NCBI GenBank assembly: GCA_015680685.1 | Contig: MNCI01000625.1 | Location: 131,571 to 195,570, forward strand | Length of the DNA stretch: 64,000 nucleotides | Source: Gnetum montanum | Taxonomy: Eukaryota > Plantae > Gnetophyta | Reading direction: 5' to 3' | In this document: positions 53,468 to 64,000 of the stretch, one piece after another | Numbering within the stretch: the stretch's first letter is position 1 | Layout of the letters: each line of letters begins with the position of its first letter | Translations under genes and position numbers: made by a program | The notes under the pieces: generated by a model | Databases searched by the model: none | Seen by the model: only the letters and a program-made list of their open reading frames with translations | What the model was told of the DNA's origin: nothing

Positions 53468-53548
53468 GGCCCGGTATGGCCTTAAACTACCACCCCAGCC
53501 CAGTACGACCTTAAACTGCCATACGTCCAGGCATGATGGTAAACTACC
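53468..53548 (+). repeat. Hairpin-TAAACT motif cluster just before RT of D
   Basis: ggcccggtatggccttaaact, agcccagtacgaccttaaact, cgtccaggcatgatggtaaact. Confidence 0.8.
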
Positions 53549-53654
53549 CTTGGTATACCATTAGTTACATTTAAATTCAAAATCAATTCCTTAAGAAAAA
53601 AGCAAAGAAGAAGAAAACTCACCCTTGTTGACATAGCTCCTATTTCATTGGCAG

Positions 53655-56600
53655 GAGCAAATATAGGGATAACAAGCAACTCTTCATACCGTTGTCTATT
53701 AATGGACCACATGGAGCAATTAAACGAGAAATCAATCTAGAGTCCATTGATTTAGACTCCCCAACACACGATAATTTAGTGGCATCAACCCAAGAAACAC
53801 TAGATTTCTTTAAAGGAATGACAAAATCTCTGGACCTAGAAGCTGATAACATCATCGAAGATCCCCTAGCCAAAGTCCCTGTAACTACGTCAAATGGCGA
53901 AGTTAAAATTTTAAAACTAAGTACTCTATTAAATCCACAACTTGCCAGTGACATAACTCGAGTGCTAAAAGACAACATGAAAGCATTCGCTTGGTCTTAC
54001 ATTGACATGCCTAGGCTCGACCCTTGAATAGTCTAGCATAACATTATACTTGATCCAAAACTAAAGCCAGTGAAACAAAAAGCATGCAAGGTCAAGCCTG
54101 AAGTAGTGTTGGCAGTTCGCAATGAGATCACGAAGCTTTATCAAGCTGGTTTCATCCGAGTTGTGGATTACACTGATTAGGTATCCAACATGGTTATAGT
54201 CCTAAAGAAGAACGGAAGCATTCGTCTATGCATTGACTTCCGAGACCTCAACATTGCAACCATAAAAGATGACTTCCTGCTACCTAGCATCGATCAACTT
54301 GTTGATTCAACCGCTGGGCATGCATTGTTATCCTTTATAGATGGCTTTTCAGAATACAACCAGATTGGGATCAACCCCGAACATCAACTCAGGATAACCT
54401 TTATAATACCATGGGGTACATTTTGTTATACAATGATGTCAGTCAGTCTCAAGAACGTCAAGGCTACATATCAACGAGCGATGACATTCATCTTTAGTGA
54501 TTACATGTTCAACTCACTCAATGATTATGTAGATGACATTGCAGTCAAATCAAAAACAACTGAGCAACATGTACAAGATCTAAACTTGGTACTGAAATGT
54601 TGTCTAAAATACGAGCTTAGACTCAACCCGAAGAAATGTGTCTACGGGGTTAAAACAGGCAAAATGCTTGGATTCGTTGTATCTAAGATAGGGATACGAG
54701 TAGATCCAAATAAGGTTAAATTAATAACAAATCTGAAAACACCTAGCAACCTTACTAAACTTTGCGGTCTATAAGGTAGATTACAATTTATCAGATGTTT
54801 CATTGAAAAACTTATGGACAAGTTGAGGCCTATGCAGCACTTATTACACAAGAATGTCCATTTTGAATGGACTCTACAGTGCCAAGGAGCCTTTGAGAAC
54901 ATCAAAACGGCACTAGCCCAACTACCGATAGTTCATCCACCATAGAATAATAAACCATTTTACATCTACCTTGCAACATCTAAATCATTTATCACATCTA
55001 TGCTTTGTTAGAAATGTGAGGATGGAACTAAAATCCCTGTTTACTACTTGAGCCATGCATCAATAGCCTACGAACAACGTTACAATGATGTGGAGAGGTC
55101 ATGCCTTGTCCTTATCTTTTCTTTAAAGAAGTGGCGACACTATCTCTTCTGTAACCAAGTTAATATCATTTGTAGAGACAACATGCTCAGAGCTATCATG
55201 AACAACATATATGAATCAAGCAAGATAGCTAGATGGAAAGTGATGATTACTGAATTTGACTTGCACTACATAGCTCAATCATCAGTTAACGGTCAAGCTA
55301 TAGTCAATCAAATGAGCACATCACCGACGCAAGACCAAGCAACGATCAACCCAGAGTTTCCCGATGAGAATGTAAACACAATAGACACAGTACCTAATAA
55401 CTACAACGCCATCTTAAACTTTGATGGAGCATCGACCTCCCGAGGAGGAAGTGCTGCAGCAATCATCACATATCCCTCTAGGGAGATCCGACCCTTTGCT
55501 TATCATTTAAACTTTCCTTGTACTAACAATGTGGCAGAGTACGAAGGTCTTCTTAGAGGCCTCATGGCAGCACTAACTTTAGAAACCACACAGCTCATAG
55601 TTAGAGGCGACTCATAGTTAGTCATCAATCAGGTCACAGANGCATCCGTTAGCATGACACACACCATGGAATGGTATGATGTCATAAAGGAGTACCTTCT
55701 ACATGGTGAACCACCTCAACATCTAACGAATGCTTAGAAGGATGCAGTGCGGAAACGCTCTCAGCAATATGCACTAGTAGCGGACACGTTATGCCATAGA
55801 TCCTATGTAGGCATTTTGTTAGTGTGCGTTAGTAGCATCGATGGCCAAACCATCGTGGAGCAAGTTCATGAAGGACTTTGCGGAGGGCACATAGCACCCA
55901 AGGTAATGGCAACCAAAATTAGGTGTTTAGGCTACTATTGGCCACACATGGAGTACGACTGCTTCTCCAAAGTCAAAACGTGCAGCATCTGTAAAAAACA
56001 TGGTAATCTCATACATGTGCCCCCTAATGAGTGGCATACAACTCAAATCACATGGCCTTTCCAGAAATGGGGATTAACATCATAGGACCAATAACTCCCC
56101 CATCTTTCGCAGGACATAGCTTCATTATAACTACAACGGAATATTTCACAAAATGGGTAGAAGCTACTCCTCTTAGGAAGACCACATCAAAACAAGTGTG
56201 CAACTTCATCCTTGAAAACATTGTGACTCATTTTGGCATTCCAATGACCATAATCATTGATAACGAGCCACAATTTAATAGTGTTGAAACCAAAACCTTT
56301 TGTGAGAGCCTAAGCATCAAACATTCATTTTCATCACCATACTATCCTCAAAGCAACAGTCAAGTAGAATCCATGAATAAAATGGTCATCATGGTGCTCA
56401 AGAAAATGCTTAATCAAAGCAAAAGAAGATGGCACGAACAGTTAGTTTACGCGCTATGGGCATATTGAATGATGCACAGAATATCCATAGGTAAAACACC
56501 GTACAGTCTTGTTTATGGTTCAGAAGCTATTTTACCTTTGGAGTTGCAGGTACCTTCATTGTGGATCACACTCTCCAGACTCCTCAATGAAAGTCAAAAC

Positions 56601-56909
56601 AATGACTCACACATTGTTGACCTTGATTTGGTGGAGGAGGAACAAACATGCACACTGGATCAAATCGAGTGGTACTAGAAGCAACAACGACGACAACATC
56701 AACATGACATTCACAAGCGCCCGATCAAGGATGGTGACCTTGTTCTTAAGGCAGTTCGTGAACACATGGAAAAATTCTCGAACAACTGGGAAGGGCCTTA
56801 CCTAGTCACCAAAGCATACCAAAATGGAGCATTCAAACTAACTAATATGGATGGTAACGAACTTGCTCATCCAACAAATCACATGTATCTCAAGCCATTT
56901 TACGTCTGA
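53655..56909 (+). pseudogene. pol: pol of element D: RT, RNase H, additional RNase H, integrase
   Basis: LCIDFRDLN, YVDDIAV, NFDGAS, CTNNVAEYEGL, HEGLCGGH, EYFTKWVEA, YYPQSN, NWEGPY. Stop TGA at 56907-56909. Confidence 0.95.
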
Positions 56910-56928
56910 ACAAAGCCTAAGATATGCA

Positions 56929-57350
56929 TTCGTCCTGGCATCATGACGATAAACTAATACCAAATATTCGTCCTGGCATCACGACGATAAACTAATACCA
57001 CAGATTCGTCCTGGCATCACAACGATAAACTAATACCACAGATTCGTCTTAGCATCACGATGGTAAACTAATACCACAGATTTGTCCTAAAATCATGATG
57101 ATAAACTGATACCACAGAGTGGTCCTGGCATCATGACCTAAAATTGATACCATGGATCATCCGAAATGACAATAAACTACCACACTCTCATCTAACAGAG
57201 TCCACTAAGACTATAAACTAGCTCGCCTCTCCATAGTTTGCCATGACTATATACTAGGATTGCATTGTCCACTACGACGCTAAACTAGTAACGTCCAATG
57301 GGTTATGACGTAAAACTAACCCACGACAGTTCACCAAAACTATAAACTGG
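56929..57350 (+). repeat. 3' UTR tandem repeat (38 bp x ~6) grading into divergent hairpin-TAAACT units
   Basis: Unit ttcgtcctggcatcacgacgataaactaataccacaga, in which TCGTC pairs with GACGA. Confidence 0.92.
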
Positions 57351-58478
57351 CAACTTCTTCACTGGCCTACAAATCTATTGTTGTAATCAAATGGCATGTC
57401 TTCATCAACCTGCTACATGAATTCATCACATGGACTCTGACAACATTGCTGTTGCTCAATTTCATTTGTCTGTAGTTGCACACGGTGTCTCCATCCCATC
57501 GATTGCATCCATGTTTAAAGTGTTAAGCTAACTCATTCACTTGTGGTTTTCTTGTCTTCTTGGAGTTGTGTTTGTAGGATGACACCCAGAGGTGTTTGTA
57601 CACAGATGCACTTCATCACGTCAATGAGGTACCACATTATTCTGATGTATGTAACTAGGTTAATCAAACCGTTCACAAGTACATTCCTAGTTCCCCAAAT
57701 GCCCCTCATTCCCTAGCATGTTCTCTCTACCATGTTCAATTACATTTCCCGAATACATCCCAGTCACCCCAAAACTCTAAACACATGGTTGCACACTATA
57801 ACTCTCAAGGCAGTTGCAACACACAGCACAACACATGCAAAAAATACAAGCACACGAACATGATTATAACATTGAAAGAGAGCTCTATTCAAAAAAAGAA
57901 CAAAATCAAATACTAAAATCCATCACAAGACCCTTGGCACTTCCCATACAAGCCCTAGGCAGGAAGGTACTTGTCTTGGAAGAAAATACTCGTGTCTCAA
58001 ATAATCATGTTGAATCCCACTGCGTGGCTTTGGCTATTGGACAACGGGTTCCCTTTGACACTTAACAAGGGTCCTATTTCTCCAAAGAATGCACCACCTC
58101 ATCGCATGGCTTTGGTTGTGACAACGAATTCTCTTAAACAAGATACAAGAGTCTCGTTCCTCCAAAGGACGCACATCCCATGCCTTGGTCCCAAGTCTGC
58201 TAGATACTGGCAATTGACAAGGACTAACATGATGTGTTCACACAAGAGCATTCCTCTTCCCATAGTTAAAAAAAATCATCCCTTCATTAATCCCTAATGT
58301 CACAATTATAAACCTTCTCCTTATACATCCCAAAACCTCATTTCCCGATCCCATGTACTTCTGATCACGGTGCAATGACATCTGGCCAAGTCCCAAAGAA
58401 CAATGCTTGATATCTAGTTGCTCGTGGTGTTTTGTACTTCTTTGTCAACACCTCTCAGGTAAATTCCTCTAGGCATCA

Positions 58479-58493
58479 ACAAAGAGAGGCCAA
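58479..58493 (+). promoter_or_regulatory. Polypurine tract of element D
   Basis: acaaagagaggccaa immediately 5' of the 3' LTR. Confidence 0.75.
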
Positions 58494-60386
58494 TGAAACA
58501 CCACAAAATTTTGGCCTAGCACTTTTAGACAAGAATCGAGCTAAGTCATGCTGCTGCCCAACATGAGTACAACGTGACCAAACTTGAGAGCCTCCAAAAT
58601 GGCATGAAATGACACAAAATTGAGTGAGCCATGGAGCAAGTAAGGTCCCCTAGGGGCCCATAGATGATTATAGTAAGTCTTGGCATCAAAAATCAAAAGT
58701 TTCAGCCTCAAAAAGTGCAAGTTTGGTCACACACACTTTGGTCACGCTGCCCAGCATATCACCAATGTGTGTACAGCATGACCAACTTTTGGAGCCTTAA
58801 AATCAAGTTTAAACAGCCGAAATCAAGCAAAAGGACACCCCATGACCTTCACCAAGGCCCCTAGTAACTCCCAGTCTCTAGAAAATGAAAATTTTGGCCT
58901 CAAATGAGGTATTTTAAGTTGATGATGTCAAAGCTACATTTTCATACGCTACACAGCGTGACCAAACAAAAACAAGGAAAAACAAGCAATTTTAGGGAGC
59001 ATGTTCAACATTCGGGCAATCCCCAAGGACCAACAGCACTCGTACATGTTCGCAGGCTTCAAAAATTTACGATTTGGGCTTCAAACGTGCCATTCAAGCT
59101 TGGTCACGCTGGGGCCACACTTTGGTCACGTTGCACAGTGTGACCAAACTAAACAGGCCTAAAACAGAAACAAAACGAAGTCAAAATCAACACCCAAACC
59201 ACGTTGGAGAATAGGCAGTAGTTAAGCATCAAAAAAGGGGATCATCATCCAAAAATTAGCTCAAAATAAAGCACGAATACTTGGTTACGCTGGGATCACA
59301 CTTTGGTCATGCTACACAGCATGACCATAGCGTGACCAACCAAAACATAGCCAAAATAGCCTCCAAACGAGCTCAAATTTGAAAAGCAGCATCCTCTGGA
59401 CCTCAGGCATCCAAATCCACTCTTGGAATAGGCTTCAGAGATCAAAAGTGGGCTCCAAATTCATCATTTTTGTTCCATACGCTAGATGATCACACACCAA
59501 ATGCTGGACGCTGACACCAAGACGCCAGGACATGCTAGACCACATTTTCAAAAGGCTAGAGACAAAATTCTTTATTGTAACAGAGCATTATTTTGTCAAT
59601 TTTCTTTTATTATTCTTTGAGCATGCCAAGCTCTTACGCTGTGGATTGCACACTTACGCTGTGGATTGCACACGCCAGTGTAAGACTTGGTCATGCTAGA
59701 TGTTGTACATTGTAACATTTCGTGCATCTGGTCAATGCACACACTTGTCACCCGATCCAAATTTTTCTCACCTGCAGTCACTGATCTTCTTCCAAATCCA
59801 AATCTCATGCCCAAAACCCTATAAATCTTCTATTTTTCCACTAGATCAAGGGTTGGTTCGAAAAAATTGAATCTGACACACTTAGGAGATCTAGGAATCA
59901 ATCTCATACGTTGGGCTTCATATAGATTGGATGCTATACACCTACAATCCAAAACCTGCATCTTCCTAGCACCTGCTCTCATCCATTGGGGCTAAATGTC
60001 CGCCTTGCGACCAAACCACAATTGTGTTCTGACCGGTGCACATTCTAATTGTTTATCAATACAAATAGCTTACATTATTGCCCAGATTCCTGAAGTTTGC
60101 ATTATTTTTCCTATTCAAATTTTTCCTACTTTCATTATTTAAATAGTTTACATCTATTTTCATTTGTTTACATTCAATTTTGCATTTCTTCACGTATAAC
60201 CCAACGCATCGTAATTGCATACATTCGGTGAAGTCCTTGTTTGATTTGCGTGTGGACCATTCAAGGTACTCTACCTCCATTAATTTCCAGCTTGCCCTCG
60301 AGTGAAGGCAGGGTCTTACTGTTTCATCTGTAGATCTCTCAATGTTCGTTCATTCCAACCTCTCACCGACGATTTCGAACGGTATA
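58494..60386 (+). repeat. 3' LTR of element D
   Basis: Colinear with 42480-44357 and followed by TSD GTCCT. Confidence 0.95.
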
Positions 60387-63300
60387 GTCCTTATAATGAT
60401 TTTTGACTTTTTCAAATTTCAAGGCCTCATTTTTTCAAGCGTTAATTTCAATTGCAGACTCTTGTCACAAAGCCCAAACCTCCTCCATTGACAAATTTCG
60501 ATTTTCAGCAGCCAACCTTCTTATGTCAGCGTTCACCCTGGCTAGCTCCTCCTACTGTTGGTGGATGAAATTTTTCATGTGTTCATTCTCTGCACCAACA
60601 TTGCACAGGCCATGAACCTCCATGGTCAGCCACACATTCTCCTGACAAACCTCCACCAAGTCCTTTTCTAAGTAATATGCTCGAGCATCTACCGAGGACT
60701 TGTCAAAGATCACCGTCTCTCGCACATCCTCAATGACCTGAAGTTTAAGCTAAAGCTGATGAAAAGATTCATCTCTGGTGATTTTGCGATTGAGGATGGC
60801 TAGATCAACAAGCTGGCTCTTAATTAAGCTACCTCAGTTGCCAAGCGCTAACAAGAGACTTGAGTAGCTTCAAGTTGCCCTTACAAAATAAGGCTCTTAC
60901 CCCTTGCCAAGAGCAGCTCTAACTGAGTTGCAGGAATGTTGTCCGAAAGGTCAAAGACATTTGGAAGTGGTTGCCTAATTCCCACCAGTTGGTCCAATAG
61001 CTCTTCATGTTGGGCTACGTCAATCTGGCTACACGAAGTTCCAGCAGACACCTATACATCTTGTAGTCCATGAATGTTTGGTACAGGTGCTACTGGTGCA
61101 TTGAGAGCTGTAGCAATTATGTCAGCAACCACTTCGGTTGTAACTTCCTATCCCTAGTGTTGCATCACCAGGACCATCACCTCCTCACCATCTTCCAAGC
61201 GTACCAAGAAGGTAGCAGCATTCCCTGAGATTTCAGGGAATAACTAATTGGTTGATGTTGATACATCTTGGATGCTTGGATCTGTTCTGGTTGGAACTTG
61301 TGCTTGGGCGGTAGAGAATATCGAACCTGCCCTTTCAAGTAAGCTAACTGATTGAGCCACTTGCTCCAGGTGGCTCATGGCAGGGCGATAGACCAAAGGG
61401 TCTTCTCCTCCACCAGTCCCATCGGATTTCTCTTGCTGGCTCAAGAGCATTTCCTGGTTCTTGCGGATGTATTCTGCTGTGGTTTATGAGCCCGGCTACA
61501 TTGTTTATGCAGGTGATGGAGGTGGTTGCTACTCCTCCTTTATCTGTGTGATGGCAGGAGTTTTATCTTTCATCTTCTCCCACCACGAGGCACTTGGGGT
61601 GTGTCGGATTATATCGTTGGAATATCGTGCTATCCCTGCCCGTTTGCATAACTTTCGAATTAGGCAGGGAAAGGGGAGAGCTCGTCTTCCACATTTGTTC
61701 TTAGCGAACCTCTTTTCAATCTCTAGAAACAACAGCTATGGAAGACTCATGGGGAATTTCCCACTCAAGGCGGCACACGCACGAGCAGAGAAGGCTATGA
61801 TTTTCAAGTGGTAAGATGCAATCTTTGAGTACACTCGCTTTGCTATGGTTAAGGAGCCAAATTCTTTGTGCTCTACCCCGTAGCACTATTTGGTCCATTG
61901 TGCCTTTACCTCTGGATTGGCCTACTTTGGAATTTCAACCACATCTGCCCTGATTTCGGGCAACCCCAAAGCCTACGCTATCACCTCTGAAGAGTAAGAG
62001 ACGTAAATGTCTTTAATTCTTACTCTAGACCCTAGTTGTCAATTCATCCAAAAGAGATAAGTTTCTCCTAAGTACCATTCACCGCTAGTTGTGATGATTG
62101 GCCACATCAGAGAGTTCTGCAGTTGGAGCCTCACGTCTTCTGGCGCATTCTCGAGGAATGGTCCAAAATTTAGCTCTTGAAGGACCTTTCGCTACATCTC
62201 GCACAGCGTGATAACATCAAGGCAGGCTTGGGTCAAGGTGACCTCAAGCTGTGGTGCTACCCAGGGAGTCTCATCCCTAAGCGATTGCTCACCGGGAATC
62301 TCCTCTTTGGGAATCTGATGAACAGATTCCATGTCAAGTCTTTCATGGAAGGGCCTAGTTGCATGAGAGCCCTCCGCATGCTCTAGTGGTTGCACACCTT
62401 GTCCCCTTCCCATGCATGGGCACTTGTCCCTTAGTTGTGATAGTCCTTCGTCCCTTGGATGCCTCAGTTTGGGTGCCATCTATAATCAACATAACCGCCC
62501 GTTAGATCATTCATAAGTAGCTTAAGATGATCCATATATACCTTCTCAATTTGACCAAGTTATCTTGTTGGCATAGGCACATCGTTAAGTCTTCTGAAGC
62601 ATTAATTTATGGGTTAGGGCCAAATTTTTCATAATTAACCAATTAATTAACTAACCAATTAATTATAGTTAATTTCACAAATGCACCACCCCCCCCCCCC
62701 CCACGACTAAGAGCATACCTTCGGTTGCTTAAAAGGGCAAGGATCAGTTGATGCGGACTCGTGATGAAATGTAGGTGCATTGGGAAAGGTTAGGCAGAAA
62801 AAATGACAAAAACTCCCCTCAATTTGGAGCCCAAATGATAAAATTTTCAAAGCGCAGCAAGTGTATATATAGGGTTTAGGCACTGCATCGATGGGGCCCC
62901 ATATACGCAGGGGTGTTGACCCGTTGACCAACCCAGAAAAAGCCCAAAATGAGAAATTTGAAACATCAAATTGGGGCAGTTGAAGTGCAGGAGAGGCCCA
63001 ATCATGGCTGAGGACAAGAGGAAGGGAATAGAGTGCGAAAAAGAGACAAAATTGGAGAATGGGGCTCAAAAAGAACTCCACGAGGAATAAATCGAGCGAT
63101 CAGACCCGAAAACTAGTCAACCACGAAACCAAAGGATGGGAGGCTTAACAAGCAGAACCAAGGAGATGCAAGTGGGTCCTCCCCATAGTAGGCCATAGCC
63201 TTAGTAGCCCCTGCATAGCCCCGACACCAGGGTCCGTGGGCCCCGGGGCCAAGAAATGGTGTTCGCCAGGTAAGACTCCTACCCAAGAGATCCTACCAAG

Positions 63301-64000
63301 GCATGGGAAACCCATGGATATCACGACACACCTTCATGACATAAGACAAGCAGTGAGGTGAGGGACAGGGAGAACTGGGTGAGGAGAGAGAGATGAGAGA
63401 ATGGTAGTCCAATCGTCAACTGCATGAAACCCCATGTGTAGATGTGGTTAAGTGAGCCGATGGAACCGTTCTTGAGGTCAAACCCAAGACCATCCACATT
63501 CAGTGACATCGCAATAATAGACAAAGTCCTGACCATCCCCCAAGGAAGTAAGAACGTCCCCATAGAGAACCACCACTCCAAAAAATGTGAGGGGAAGGAA
63601 GTGGAATGGGACAAAGTTACAGGGGACCAAGGACATCCCATAACTAGTGCAGTGGCCTATTAGAGGCGGTCTAAGGGGTGTGCTTTGAATCCTCATGTTT
63701 TCTTTTTTTGAATTTTTCAGTGAGGACCACACCATGCAAGGTCGAATTGCCCAGAAGCTTCCGTGGAGAGAAGGACGTGGAGGAGTAGGAAATCCGTAAG
63801 GACATACCATTAACCTCAGAGGGTAGAACAGAGCAATGAATATTGCATTTCCCTTGAAGTCACACTTGATTCAAACCATTGGGTCATCCCCAAGTCTGGG
63901 AACCACACAAGTTACACATGAATTAAAATGTTGTTAAGGGAAGGGGTTGCATGTTCTCAATAGAAGGAAAACCATGGAGTGGGTGAATGGGTGGATGACA

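Larger units (their letters stand above)
42480..60386 (+). mobile_element. Element D: full-length Tat-type Ty3/gypsy LTR retrotransposon (~17.9 kb)
   Basis: LTRs at 42480-44357 and 58494-60386, perfect TSD GTCCT (42475-42479 / 60387-60391), PBS, PPT, gag, PROT, RT-RH-aRH-INT. Homologous to element B but less decayed. Confidence 0.96.
41700..62479 (-). pseudogene. Accessory ORF of element E (Transposase_32/Athila-ORF-like domain + coiled coil), in two pieces: 60392-62479 and ~41700-42479
   Basis: Starts MAPKLRHPR. Contains VRIKDIYVSYSSEVIA*ALGLP and ALPFPCLIRKLCKRAGI. The frame is continuous across the D insertion (EKVKNHYKD|QVGLQKEVNEKR). Confidence 0.75.
40963..64000 (-). mobile_element. 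Element E: 3' part of an Athila-like element (3' UTR, PPT, long 3' LTR), split by element D
   Basis: The LTR terminus tgatgagtagctaggtacccctacgcccaaccatacgaat at 40963 matches the C and A termini. The PPT context ccccacgact at 62689-62707 matches C at 33432-33444. 3' UTR blocks such as atgcaagtgggtcctcccca (63167 vs 34368) are shared with C. Confidence 0.75.

Noticed and set aside
56929-57350. CRISPR-like look of the 38-bp repeat and of the ACTCACGCTG array (50237-52490)
   Set aside because: The units are tandem without unique spacers of constant length, there are no cas genes, and both arrays lie within a plant retrotransposon.

Overview
Gene-free, CpG-depleted land-plant nuclear DNA made almost entirely of nested, decayed retrotransposons. 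Two full-length + strand Ty3/gypsy elements of Tat type dominate the window (tRNA-Asn PBS; PROT, long spacer, RT-RH-aRH-INT). Element B (5934-27260) is inserted in the RT of an older minus-strand Athila-like element A. Element D (42480-60386, TSD GTCCT) is inserted in an accessory ORF of another Athila-like element, E. Also present are a gag-only non-autonomous element C (32583-38646), a solo LTR, copia and RTE-LINE fragments, a STELLO-like gene fragment, and a mitochondrial atp1 fragment inside D. The most interesting observation is that the protease-RT spacer of B holds an antisense, multi-intron gene. It appears to encode an FCP1/NIF-type HAD phosphatase-like domain fused to a PMD/Transposase_32-like helical domain and a coiled coil. 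In both B and D this spacer is bracketed by a covarying hairpin+TAAACT motif, and both elements are strewn with an ACGCTG-core motif. Together these suggest a retrotransposon-borne regulatory or anti-silencing module (inference). A second oddity is that the apparent 3' LTR of element E contains a ~2.8 kb ORF, which may be expressed through an intron that spans the PPT. All domain calls were made by eye and need HMM confirmation. Nothing here looks like an intact host gene.
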